A DNA stretch of 64,000 nucleotides from Octopus vulgaris (GCA_951406725.2 CATOCA020000022.1:2001-66000); one strand, 5' to 3'. Positions 37,340 through 52,183 are shown, counted from the stretch's first letter. Notes: generated by a model from the letters alone, not told the origin. Numbers and translations: made by a program.

Positions 37340-40300
37340 TATACACATACCAAACTACTAAACACCCAATAACACCAACATGAAATATGTATCCTCTGAC
37401 AAAGTGGCAAATCAAATAGGTAACTCTTTTTTACTGTCTTACCTAGAAAATATGAAGGCCGACCTAAGCCAGGATATCCAACGAGCTATCAGCAACCACC
37501 TATGCAAATCACAAGGACCACACACCCACTACCAACAAGAAAATCATACACACACAGCTCCATATAAGAACTACCCACATTGTTACCACTGAACAACATA
37601 AAACACAACTTAGAACAAGGCAAACATCAAACTCCCCTTACCTCGACATTCCTGTTAAATGTACGTGGCATCAACCCATCAATTATTGCCCAAAAATGGA
37701 AGATCCCATATATAGAGAGTTGGCTTGCTGAAACGGCACATTGCTTCCCTTCCTTTATCCTTACTGAGACTCACATGAACAACACCCATATGGACGCCGA
37801 GGTGAAAATAAAAGATTTCACCATTGTTCGTGTGGATCGCACAGACCGAAATAAGGGAGAGACAGCCATCTTTATCCATGACTCCTTTTCACTTGATGCC
37901 AAAGACATATTTTCCAATGGCTATTGGGAATCGGTATCACTATTCAGCAAGGCCAAGGACTTAATCATTGTTGGTCTTTACAGGCCTCCCCAAGCACCTC
38001 TAAAGTGCTTTGAAGAGTGCCTTAGTAAAGTCAAGTCCTTCATTCGGAAGTACAACTCCGGAAACATACTAGTGATGGGTGATTTTAACCTCCCTTATGT
38101 GAACTGGCCCACAAATACTCTGAAGTTAGGCAAATGCTCTACATCAGATAGAGCAGCAGCAGAACTGCTCTTTAATCTAATGGATGAATACTTGCTGACT
38201 CAGCTAGTGCTCGAACCAACGAGACAGAATAAAACGATCTTGGATCTGGTATTGACCAATCACTCTAGCTTCGTTCACAGTATTTCAGTTGAAAAAACTA
38301 TCCTCTCAGACCACGACATGATACTCTGCAATTTCAATTCCCGACATATAAAAACCAAACCAGCCAATACCACTCCATGGCACTCATTTGACAACATAAA
38401 CTTCCACAAAGCGGACTGGGGAGCAACCAGAAAGGATCTGTCTTGCATCGACTTGTCTTTCACTCTCAATTCCATCCATACTGAGACCGCATGGCAGCAC
38501 TTTGAAAACATTGTCACCTATACATGCGCTAAACACGCTCCCATGAAATCTACTAACACAAACAGAAACTGGCTCCCTAAAAAGAAAAAAACACTCATCA
38601 GGCGCATCAAAAGACTCAACAAACAAAATCAACCAATTAAAATATTCCCACATACAACATCCAAATTCAACAACAATGAAAAGGCTAGAGCTGGAAAAAC
38701 TTCATCTACAGAACGACATGAAAACCTCCATTGAAAATCAAAGAGCTGTGGAGGAACAGTGGGTAATCAAAAACATCAAACAGAACCCAAAAGTGTTCTA
38801 TTCTTATGCAAATAAGCATAGAACCACTGTCTCACCCATTGGGCCATTGATTGATGATAACGGCATTCCCCAACACGATACTAAAGAAATGGCAGAAATA
38901 CTGCAGAAATAATATTGCTTTGTCTGATATTGACACAAGAGAAGCGACCGAAGTTGACCCTCAACATAAAATCTCAGACATAACCTTCACTGCCACTGAC
39001 ATCACAGCAGCAATAAATGAGATCAAATACTACTCTGCTGTAGGCCCTGATAGATTCCCTGCTAGTCTCCTGAAGGAATGTAGACACCAACTTGCAGTCC
39101 CTCTGACCAACCTCTGGAGAAATTCGTTAGACGCAGGTTATATACCGAAACAGTTTCTATCCCAGTCAGTCATCCCGGTTTTCAAACAGGGAAACAGATC
39201 CCTCGCACTCAACTATCGCCCAATCTCACTCACCTCCCACATCATCAAAGTGTTTGAAAGAGTGTTAAGATCAAGGATAGCTGACTTCCTGGAGACCCAC
39301 AAACTCCTAAATGCAAATCAGCATGGCTTTCGCTGAGGCAGGGACTGTCTAACACAGCTCTTACACCACATTGAAGATGTACTCAAAGCCTTGGGAACAG
39401 GTTCGAACTCTGATGTCATATATCTTGACTTCAGTAAAGCGTTCGACAGGGTAGACCATAATATCCTACTCTCAAAATTGGCAAATGTTGGAATCCGTGG
39501 AAAAGTTCTACACTAGATCAAGTATTTCCAGGCGAATATAACACAACATGTTGTAGTTGATGGAGTCCACTCAAGCCCAGCATAAGTCACCAGCGGTGTC
39601 CCCCAGGGGACTATTTTGGGTCTGCTACTCTTCATAATTTACATAAACGACCTTTCCAGTGTCGTACATTACTGCAAAGTGAAAATATTTGCTGATGACA
39701 CTAAGCTCCAGCAAATCGTCAATGAAGAAGCAGACCGAACTCAACTCCAGTCTGATCTATATGCTGTGAGTCAATGGGCACACAGAGACAAAATGCAACT
39801 GAACAAGGGAAAATTTGAGTTGATGCATTTTGGAAGAAATTCCTCACTAAAACAGCCTCTAACAAATCAGTGACCTGGGTGTAATTGTTGATGACGATCT
39901 CAGTTGGAGTGCACACATCAACAAGAAGGTCGATATAGCACGTAGGATGAGTTCCTGGATCTTAAGAACTTTCCGGTCCAGAGAACAAGGTGTCATCATA
40001 CCACTTTTCTCCTCCTTTGTACGGCCACACCTCGAATACTGCTGCCCACTGTGGTCTCTTCACACAAGACAAAACATCTCCAGAATTGAGTCACCCCAGA
40101 GGGCACTCACTAAACGAATTGAAGGCATGGCTGCTGTCGATTATTGGGATCGCCTTAAAGCCTTGAACCTTTACTCCCTCCAGCATCGCCGTGAGCGGTA
40201 CATCATTTGTACGATGTGGAAAATATACCGCCAACTAAGCCCAAACGACCTAAACATTAGCTTCAAGGTTCATCCAAGACTTGGACCACGGGCTATACGT

Positions 40301-40636
40301 CCCCTGCCCAATTCAAGATCACAACATACATGTACACTGCAACATAATTTCTTTTCCTCAACAGGCCCTGCCCTATTTAACATTGCCCCGAAAGAGATCA
40401 AAGAGGAACAGGATCCCATCAACTTTAAACGGAGTCTGGATAGATTCCTTCAAGGAATACCAGATAAGCCACCCATAATTGGATACAACTCACCCAACAA
40501 AAACTCACTACTTGAATGGACCATAAACAAAACTTGACTTAAACAGGATTCAAATAATCCTATCAGGTGGTGCTATTAAGTTAGACATGGCCTGGACCAA
40601 TCTTTGGTCGAAACATATCAAGGTTTATCTAAGTTT
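37340..40636 (+). mobile_element. CR1-like LINE, family A copy 2: probable ORF1 tail plus disrupted ORF2 (APE and RT)
   Basis: LNVRGI, LTETH, GLYRPP, MGDFNLP, LDLVLTN, SDH (APE); YLDFSKAFDRVDH, FADDTK (RT); highly similar to 7727-9391; frameshifts and stops. The 5' boundary is uncertain. Confidence 0.93.
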
Positions 40637-40847
40637 ATATACAAACATACAAACATGTATATACAAATCTATATACAAACATATATACAAATATATATAT
40701 ACAGACATATATATATACAAATATATATATACAAACATATATATATATATACAAACATATATACAAACACATATATACAAATATATATACAAACATATAT
40801 ACACAAATATATATACAAACATATACATACAAATATATATACAAACA

Positions 40848-41448
40848 TATGACCCTCTCCGTAACCTTCATTACCTGATCCAACAGCTTGATACCTCTGT
40901 ATTTATTTGTATCTAAAGCGTCACCTTTACCTTTGTAGCAGTTGACTATTATGCTGCTACACCAGTCATTGGGTATGACTCCTTCGTGTATCAACTGGTT
41001 AACTATACGGGTGACTAGGCTATAACCAACACTGCCAGATATTTTGAGCCTCTCTGCAGTAATTCCTGATGGACCTGGGGCTTTCCCTGTCTTCATACTT
41101 CTAATTATCTTATCTACCAAAGAACTGTCAACTCGGATAGCTGGTCCCTCAGTTGGGTCGACATTCGGCAGACTCTCTTTCTCCCATTCATTGTCTTTAT
41201 TCAGCAACCTTTCATAGTGGCGTCTCCAAACCTCTCTCTTTGCAGCCACATTTAGCGCAAGTGAACCATTATCCATGCGAACACATTTCTCTCCTACCAC
41301 ATCACGATTCTCTCTCACACACTGTCTTGCAACACGAAATATCTCAAGTCTTTTGTCCTCACAGCGCAGAACATTGGCAAATTTTTTCTTATCTGCTTCT
41401 CCTATGGCTAAATAAACCTGCCTCCTAGCTTCCCTTCTGGCAGTCTGA
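40848..41448 (-). mobile_element. RTE-like LINE, 5' portion (same family and orientation as 35320-36988)
   Basis: MKTGKAPGPSGITAE, IPNDWCSSIIVNCYKGKGDAL...YRGIKLLDQVMKVTERV. Confidence 0.88.
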
Positions 41449-42340
41449 CACACTTCACCCATATAGTTAATCAGGATATATAGAAAGGTATTATACCCAA
41501 TGACTGGCATAGCAGCATTGTAGTCAACTGTTATAGGAAGACAGACGTTAAATGATGTTGATATATTTTTTAGTATACATAACTGACTTCTACACGTCCT
41601 TCATGGATGATTCTATGATCCACAAAAACAGATGAATTATATCCAAAATGCTAATGTTGCTGCTACCAAAAGGTATTGAGGACTTGATGCTTTTTGTTTC
41701 AGTAGAGTTGCCCTTCCAACTATAATCATCCTTATTTCTTTTAAATCTCTGAATTATCACCATTATCCCATTGCATGACATTTTGAGTCTATTGGGTACC
41801 TGGAAAATGAATAAAACCAGTCGTGTGTATCTCTTATTATAAAAGGCAGATTTTATCTGCCTCCTTTGGGAGTTATACAAATCTACAATATAGGATTTCT
41901 TCAATTACAATTTACCTTGCATTTTTAAGAGTACAATGCATTGCGTCATGCCAGCTCCAGTTTTTAAAATTTAAACTCCAGTTAAGCAAAATTTACAGAA
42001 AACTCACATTCTGGTGTGTGTGTCAAATGCTTTTCTTAGTCTGGTTTACACCACACGCAAACGCACACACACAGTGGGCAACGAATAAAATGAAACTAAT
42101 TCACTTACTGTAGTGAGTGATTCTTTCACTCTGCCTCCCACTTCTTCTTTCCACACAGACACGCAAATATATAAATAAAATTGTAAGCTAACGTGCGTGT
42201 GTGTGAGTGGGTGGGTGTGGGTGTGCGCGTGTGTGTGTGTGTGTGAGGCGTGTGTGTGTGTGTGTGTGCGCGTGTGCGTGAGTGTGTGACAGGAAAGTTT
42301 TTTTACGACGAATATAATACCTATATCCAAGTAGCAGAAA

Positions 42341-42826
42341 GATAAGACAGTAAGGTGTGATTTGAGGGAGATTTGGCTGCTATTTCTACCATGTCTAGCT
42401 GCTATGTAGGGGTCTCCCTCATAGGCTCATACATACATATATATATACATAGATAAGACAGTAAGGTGTGATTTGGGGGAAATTTGGCTGCTATTTCTAC
42501 CAGGTCTAGCTGCCATGTAGGGGTCTCCCTCATAGGCTCATACATACATATATACATAGATAAGACAGTAAGGTGTGATTTGGGGGAAATTTGGCTGCTA
42601 TTTCTACCAGGTCTAGCTGCCATGTAGGGGTCTCCCTCATAGGCTCATACATACATATATACATAGATAAGACAGTAAGGTGTGATTTGGGGGAAATTTG
42701 GCTGCTATTTCTACCAGGTCTAGCTACCATGTAGAGGTCCCCCTCATTGGCTCATATATATATATACATACATAAGACAGTAAGGTGTGATTTGAGGGAG
42801 ATTTGGCTGCTGTTTCTACCAGGTCT
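42341..42826 (+). repeat. ~107-bp tandem repeat, ~4.5 copies
   Basis: gataagacagtaaggtgtgatttg at ~42341, 42452, 42559, 42666, 42772. Confidence 0.92.
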
Positions 42827-43191
42827 GTTAGGCCTTCTCATGTAAACTCAAGCTTTCTCATGCCTTCAACATATGACCAAAGCAGAGAATGTATTCTTTT
42901 ATTCTTCTGCTTTTTCCAGCCATTGGTCTGTGGCCATGCTGGGGCAATGCCTTGAAGAATTGTAGTTTAATGAATCAACTCCAGTTTTATTTTTGTAAGC
43001 ATTGTACTTATTCTATCTGTTTCCTTTGTCAAACCACTAGGTGACAGGGATGTAAACAAACCAACATTCGTTGTCAAGCAGTGGTGGAGGACAATCACAA
43101 GCACAGACACGCACACACACACACACACACACACATACATGCATACACATATACACACATACATACATATATATATATGTGTATATATATA

Positions 43192-43450
43192 TTGCAGCGT
43201 GGAAGGTGTTTGTAAGCCATTTAAGAAACACACAAAAACCGTTACATTCACTTCAACATTTAAATTTAATTTGCCAAAATATTTTCGTCGCTTTGAGACC
43301 GCCACCTGTTCACTGACAAAAATATCGTGCTAACAGGTCGCGGTCTCAAAGCGACGAAAATATTTTGACAAATTAAATTTAAATGTTGAAGTGAATCTAA
43401 CGGTTTTTGTGTGTTTCTTAAATGGCTTATAAACACCTTCAACGCTGCAA
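43192..43450. repeat. Long inverted repeat (119-bp arms, 21-bp spacer), Penelope pLTR-like
   Basis: 43192-43310 is the reverse complement of 43332-43450 with ~5 mismatches. Confidence 0.92.
43270..43320 (-). ncRNA. Candidate minimal type-I hammerhead ribozyme, G3-C8 core variant
   Basis: TTTGTCA-GTGAACA-G-GT(G/C)GC-ggtctcaaa-GCGAC-GAAA-ATAT-T-T-TG(G/A)CAAA: stem I, core, stem II, GAAA, palindromic tetranucleotide in place of stem III, UH site. Confidence 0.6.
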
Positions 43451-43522
43451 CTGTTTTCGTTCCAGCACACGATCTCAGATCAAGTCACTTGCTATGCAAG
43501 TACATCTCTGTAACTATATATA

Positions 43523-43559
<37 letters not shown>

Positions 43560-43622
43560 TGGTAAAAACAGTAAGATAACAAAAGAAAGAAAGAGACCTC
43601 AATATTATGTAAATAGAGGAAA

Positions 43623-44017
43623 TCTTTATAGATAAAAGTGAGGTTGTGTGTCTGTCTCCTACGATTTAGATTCCTAACTACTCCCACATTTTGCGGTGCA
43701 GTTTAACCAAAACCGGGTATCTTATAGTCGTGATTCATATCGAGACCGTCTGGGTATTAGCGCGCGTCTACGATGAGTCTACGATTTATAAAAAAATTTA
43801 CCATCAATTTTTCCAATTTTTAATACATTTTTGACATATATAAGGGAAGTAACTCTCTAAAATTTATTATTAAATCTCAGAACGTAAAAAGCTACAGTAA
43901 CACCCCTCCCCCTTTGTGGTTAGCCATATTGAGATGGCTATTATACTTTACATCTCTAAAAATGCTTATATAATTATTTCCCTTACAAACCCGAGCAACG
44001 CCGGGCGATACTGCTAG
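43623..44017 (+). mobile_element. Complete non-autonomous Helitron
   Basis: A|TC 5' end; GC hairpin cccgagcaacgccggg ~9 nt before CTAG|T; no TSD. Confidence 0.85.
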
Positions 44018-44030
44018 TGTGTATATATAT

Positions 44031-44338
44031 GAGTGGCTGTGTGGTAAGTAGCTTGCTTACGAACCACATGGTTCCGGGTTCTATCCCAATGCATGGCACC
44101 TTGGGCAAGTGTCTTCTACTATAGCCTTGTGAGTGGATTTGGTAGACGGAAACTGAAGGAAGCCCGCCATGTGTATATATATATATTTGAGAGTTTGTGT
44201 ATGTATATGTTCGTCCCCACCAACATCGCTTGGCAACCGATGCTGTGTTTACTGCAAAAGAGACCGATAGAATAAGTACTAGGCTTACAAAGAATACGTC
44301 CTGGGGTCGATTTGCTTGACCAAAGTCGGTGCTCCATC
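44031..44338 (+). mobile_element. tRNA-headed SINE, internally deleted
   Basis: gagtggctgtgtggtaagtagc...ggttccgggttc...cttgggcaagtg head and core. Confidence 0.85.
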
Positions 44339-44635
44339 AAAAAAAGAGAAAAACACGTTTTCACTCTCTAAATATCGACTTCTTTCATAAACAACCAAGT
44401 TGATTTGTTATTGGGCTCCTAGACTGAACAATTGCATGATCTTGTATGGATCTGAGAGTAATTTGACTGCTATTTCTAGCCACCCCAAGTTAGCCTTGTT
44501 AATCATGTGAACGTCTAAAGAACTGAAAGTTATTTTAACAGTTGACAAACCAAATTCTAGTCAAGAACTCGTTTAAAAATTGCTGAGCCTTAACAGAAAC
44601 CATTAACATTTGAAGTAATAGACTTATTTTTAAAG

Positions 44636-44666
<31 letters not shown>

Positions 44667-44816
44667 TGTGTGTGTCTGTTTGTCCCCAAACATTGCTACA
44701 CAACGGATGTTAGTCTGTTTACGTCCCCATAACTTAGAGGTTCAGCGAAAGAGATTGATAGAATAAGTACTAGGCCTACAAAGAATAAGTCCTGGGGTCG
44801 ATATGCTCGACTGAAG

Positions 44817-44875
<59 letters not shown>

Positions 44876-46059
44876 CTGGAGCGCCGCCTTTAGTCGAGCA
44901 CATCATACACAGCACTTCTTTGTAAGCCTAGTATTTATTCTAACTTGTTCTCTTTTGCCGAACCGCTAAAATACAGGGAGTAAAACACACCTCTATCGGT
45001 TAAAAGCATCAACAACTACAGTCAATCGAAGATAATGACCAAACTGTCTACCAATTCAGACACTCAAACACGCGGACAAACACAGAAATGAAGACAGTTA
45101 CATACCTGCACATGCACAAACACACAGACATACACATATAGAAATGAAAAATACACACTTACACATTCAAACTCTCACACTCACACAAACACACACACAC
45201 ACGCACCCACACACAGAAATGAAAACACAGTTACACAATCACACATAAAACCCTAACCCTAACTAGCACAAACATACAATTTATTCAGAATGTAAAGGGG
45301 CATTGGGTGCTTTGCACTCGCAGTTAGAATATCAGCTCCCTCCACGCCAGTATGAGAATTTCTTTCATCCACTTGTGAAATTAATACATTGTCGACACAT
45401 GACAAAAATATGAGCAACATCTGAAGTCACTAAAGGTGCAATAAATTGAACTTATTTTGATTTAGTAGTTAGTGATCTCAAATGTGGGTATCTTAGCAAT
45501 GGTCAGTGTCGCACACACACAAGCAAATAGAAACACTCAGTCGCTCACACACTCGCGCACACAGAAATAAAAACACTCTCTCTCACACACACACACACAC
45601 ACACAAACACTGAAATGAAAATACCCACACTCACATAAATAAAAACAGTCCCACACTCACAAGGAGCCCCAATAGGTATATAAAAAAAGTTTCTAGTATC
45701 TTTCCTAGCCCATAATTTATGATAATTGTAGTTCTAACAATAAATAAATACCTACTAATTCAGTACATCGAACATTACGTCCCCGTAAATTATCGGTTCT
45801 GCAAAAGAGAACAATACGTTAAGTACTAGGAATACAAAAATAAGTCCTGGGGTCTATTTGCTCGACTAAATGCGGTACACCACAATTTAATAACAATAAT
45901 ATAATTATATGCAAGGTAAGTAAATCTATATGATATTTTGTAGTTATCTCACTAACTTACGGTGACGTAAACACATCAGAATCGGTTGTCAAGCAATTTT
46001 GAGGACAAAAACGCAGACAGAAACATAGACACACACATACATATGTGTGTGCGTGTGTG

Positions 46060-47379
<1,320 letters not shown>

Positions 47380-47394
47380 TATACATCATATATA

Positions 47395-49392
47395 TTCATC
47401 AGTCCCATGAAAAGGAGAGAGCAGATAAAGAAGCTTGGGTAATAGAAAATAGAAAATCAAACCCTAAAGCTTTCTTTAAGTTTGCCAAAGAGACAGCCAC
47501 AGTGCACCAGAGAATAGGACCTCTCTTCCAAAAAGATGGCTCTCTCACAGGAAATCCCACGAGGATAAGTGAAATACTGAACGAACAGTTCCAAAGTGTG
47601 TTCACTACACCTCTAGGACACAGGCAAGTAAACAACCCAGAAGAATTCTTTGCCACTTTACCAGCGGCCAAAGAGACAAAAATTGAGTACATCAACATCG
47701 AAGAAGATGATATCACACTAGCCATTGATGAGATTGACACAAACTCAGCTGCTGGACCTGATGGATTCCCAGCGATCCTTCTCAAATCGTGCAAACGAGC
47801 CCTTGCAAAACCACTACAGCTTCTTTTTCAGAGCTTTCTTGCAAGTGGTAAGCTCCCAGTCAAACTGAAAGAGGGGGTAATATGCCCTATCCATAAGGGA
47901 GGTAGCAGAGCAGATGCTAAAAATTATAGGCCTATCTCTCTGACCTCACACATCAGCAAAGTCATGGAACGAATAGTCCGTAAGAAACTAATCATGTTCC
48001 TTGAAGAAAATGACTTACTGTCTGACACCCAGCATGGATTTCGACCAGGTAGAGGCTGCCTAACACAGCTCCTGCAACACTATGACTGGGTGTTGAAACA
48101 GCTACTAAATGGCTCAAATGTGGATGTAATATATCTTGACTTTGCAAAAGCCTTTGATAAAGTCGACCATAATATGATCTGTCACAAACTGCGTGGTCTC
48201 GGCATAGGCGGGAAACTTGGAGAGTGGCTGCACAACTTCCTAAAAGACAGAAAACAGGCAGTTGTGAGCAATGGAGCCACCTCCAGGGAAACGCAAATAA
48301 CAAGCGGTGTCCCACAGGGCACTGTCTTGGGGCCACTGATGTTCATAGTGGCCCTTTCAGACATGCCTTCAGTTGCTACGATGACCACCCTTGCTAGCTA
48401 TGCAGATGACACAAAAGTCTCCCACGCAATACAAAACCCTGAAAATATTGCGCATCTGCAACATGAGCTGGACACAATATACAGGTGGGCTGAGGACAAC
48501 AACATGCAGTTTAATGCAGGTAAGTTCCAGGCCCTGCGCTACTGGCACACAAAGGTAAATGACGTGCATACTGGATACACTGGCCCAGGAAGAATTGCAA
48601 TCCCTGAGTCAAAATCAGTGCGTGACCTGGGCATTGACATGAGCAATGATGCATCTTTCCAAATGCATATTGCTAATCTGGTGATAAAATGCAGACGGCT
48701 AGCTGGATGGATTCTCCGAACTTTCAGAACAAGAGAGAAGGAGACACTGATGGTCCTATGGAAAACATTTGTCCTCAGCCGCTTGGACTACTGCTCCCAA
48801 CTTTGGTCACCACACAATATAAAACAAACAGCAGAACTCGAAGCAACTCAGAGAAGCTACACAAAGAAAATCGTCTCAATGCGAAATGTCAGCTACTGGG
48901 AAAGACTGAAGGTATTAAACCTCTTCTCCCTGGAGCGGAGGCAGGAGAGATATGCAGTGATATACATCTGGAAAATCCTGGAGGGTCTTGTCCCAAACTT
49001 TGGCATTCAAAGTTACTCCAACCGCAGAACGGGGGGCCGCTGCGTGGTGCCAAGGATTCCAACATCACCATCAAAATACAGGTCCAGATACTGCAACAGC
49101 TTGGGTTTCAGAGGACCACAGCTCTTTAACATCCTCCCTAAATGCCTGAGAGACTTACATGGTGTGGATGTGGGTTTCTTTAAAACTAAACTGGATCTCT
49201 TCTTGTTGGGAGTCCCAGATGAACCTACCTCACGACAGGAGACACGGATGCGGGCAGCAGCATCGAACTCCCTTGTTGATCAAGTGCCACGTATCAGAGG
49301 TGGATTCACAAACTAGTGTAGCTCATTCAGCGGTGGTGCCCCAGCATGGCCGCGGCCTTCGGGCTAAAACATTTTTAAGGATTTAAGGATTT
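47395..49392 (+). mobile_element. 5'-truncated CR1-like LINE, family B, with uninterrupted RT reading frame
   Basis: Open frame to stop at 49316: [65 protein letters not shown]; tail (TTTAAGGA)n. Confidence 0.95.
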
Positions 49393-49455
49393 ATATATAT
49401 ATCTTTATGTGTATATGTATATATATATATATATATATGTATATATCTTTATGTG

Positions 49456-49496
<41 letters not shown>

Positions 49497-49802
49497 GTAT
49501 ATATAAATGCTGGACCACCGCCATTATTCGAGCACATCGTGCGCAGCACTTATTCTTTCTAAGCCTAGTATTTATTCTAACTTATTCTTTTTGGCCGAAC
49601 CACTAAAATACAGGGAGGAAAACATACCAGCATCGGTTGAAAAATCTACTGTAGCCCAGGGCCGACCAAAGCCTTGTGATTGGATTTGTTAGACGGATTT
49701 GTTAGAAGATTGTCGTATATATATGTAACAGTGGCTGTGGTATGTAACTTGCTTTCAAACACACCAGCATCGGTTAAAAAATCTAACCCTAACCCTAACA
49801 AA

Positions 49803-50042
49803 TCAGTCAATCGAAGATAATGACCAAACTGTCTACTCTTATCCACCAGTTCCAACACGATTTAACAAAAAAGGAGACAAATTGCTTGACTAGATTTCAC
49901 TGCAAAGCCAGTAACATCTGTGGACTTCCCAAAATCTACAAAAGTTAAGCCATAAACAAAACCTGTAACAAGTTAACTTCTATAGTCATAAATATTCCAC
50001 ACCCGAGAGATCTTCGAATGAGGCCAATTATGGCCGATCCAG
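49803..50042 (+). pseudogene. Penelope-like RT fragment; further copies at ~51122-51375, 52327-52564, 56978-57115, 45003-45050
   Basis: QSKIMTKLSTLIHQFQHDLTKKETNCLTRFHCKASNICGLPKIYKS*...PRDLRMRPIMADP. Confidence 0.78.
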
Positions 50043-50399
50043 GTATGTAGATACGGGGGGCATTGGGTGCTTAACACTTGCAAATCTGACGTCGCTAAAG
50101 GTGCAATAAATTGAACTTCTTTTCATTTAGCAGTTAGTGATCTGCAAATGTGGGTATCTTGGAGATGCTTCAAGTGTTTCTTGTAGCTGTAATTGTCGCA
50201 CACACACAAACGAATAAAAACACAGTCGCTCACACACACGTACACACACAAATAAAAACATTGGTATCTCTGATTTTTACAGAAGCGAGTACTCTTAACA
50301 TTTCTACAAGAGTTTACTGGCTGTCGGAGGTCCTGTTTATATTGACTGTTGTTTTCACCAAGTCATCTATTTATTAAAAAAAATATATATATATATAAA

Positions 50400-50493
50400 C
50401 TATGAGCTATGGTTAGATGTGTGTATTTCCATTTCTGTGTGTGCGACTACGTGCTTTTATATACATGTGTGTGTGTGTGTGTGTGTGTGTATG

Positions 50494-50532
<39 letters not shown>

Positions 50533-52142
50533 GTCTACATCCCCGTAACTTAGAGGTTCAGCAAAAGAGACTGTTAGAATAAGTACTAGACCTACAAAGA
50601 ATAAGTCCTGGGGTCGATATGCTCGACTGAAGGTATTGTTCCAGCATGGCCACAGTTAAATGACTGAAACAAGTAAATGAGAGTAAAAGAGTAAATAGCG
50701 ACAAAAGTCTATAACCTGTTCACTAGGGAGATAGCTGAAAATATCTCCTAATCGTCATATAATACCTTTCATGTTGTAATTTCTGTAATAGGTGTGTTCG
50801 TTTTACGACTACGAAAGATGACACGACCATGCGCACACCAACAGAGACACATACACATCCAGGTAATCTGCTGGTACCTTTAACAAATAAACATTGACTA
50901 GCTGATCATTTACATTTCACTACACCCCACAAATATATAAAGTAATAATGTTATCTAGTACTACCCTTCGGACATAATCAAGTTTATTTTTTGCTTTAGA
51001 TAGTATATATGCGTGTGTGGGTATATACATGTATTCTTTGTAAGCCTAGTATTTATTCTAACTTATTCTCTTTTGCCAAACCGCTAAAATACAGGGAGTA
51101 AGACACACCAGCATCGGTTAAAAACATCAACAACTACAGTCATACGAGGATAATGACCAAACTGTCTACTCTTATCCACCAGTTCCAACACGATTTAACA
51201 AAAAAGGAGACAAATTGCTTGACTAGATTTCACTGCAAAGCCAGTAACATCTGTGGACTTCCCAAAATCTACAAAAGTTAAGCCATAAACAAAACCTGTA
51301 ACAAGTTAACTTCTATAGTCATAAATATTCCACACCCGAGAGATCTCCGAATGAGGCCAATTATGGCCGATCCAGGTATGTAGCTACAGGGAGCATTGGG
51401 TGCTTAACAATCGCAAATCTGAAGTCGCAATAAATTGAACTTCTTTTCATTTAGCAGCTAGTGATTTGCAAATGTGGGTATCTTGGAGATGCTTAAAGTG
51501 TTTGTTGTAGCTGTAATTGTCGCACACACACAAACGAATAAAAACACAGTCGCTCACACACACGTACACACAGAGATAAAAACAATCACACAAACAGAAA
51601 CACTGAAATGAAAATACCGACACGCACAAATAAAAACAGTTCCACGTACACAAACACTGATACATGTAGGGAAGTAACTCTGGAAGATTTTGTAATTATC
51701 TCCCTTTCAAGAGTTCCTTCCCTTGCCTTGTATATTTAACAATTATTAGTATATGTGAGGGAAGTAACACTGGAAGATATTGGAGTTATCTTCCTTCGTA
51801 GAGTTACTTACCTTGCATATTATAATTTAATAGCTAATAATATGCGAGGGGAGTAACTCTAGAAAGGAAGATAACTACAAAAACTTCCAGATTTACTTCC
51901 CTTACATTTACTTTAAATCTTTTCCTGGTTTAGTTATTTGACTGTGCCCATGCTGGAGCACAGCCTTTTCTAGAGCAAATCGACAATGGGACTTTTATCA
52001 ACTTCAGTCTAGTATTTATTCTGTTGGTCTTCTTTTCCCGAAGGGATAAGTTAATGGAGTGTAAACATCACCGGCATCGGTTTTGGGGACATCGAAAAAT
52101 ACACACATATACATATAAATATCTATATGTATATACATGTTT

Positions 52143-52183
<41 letters not shown>

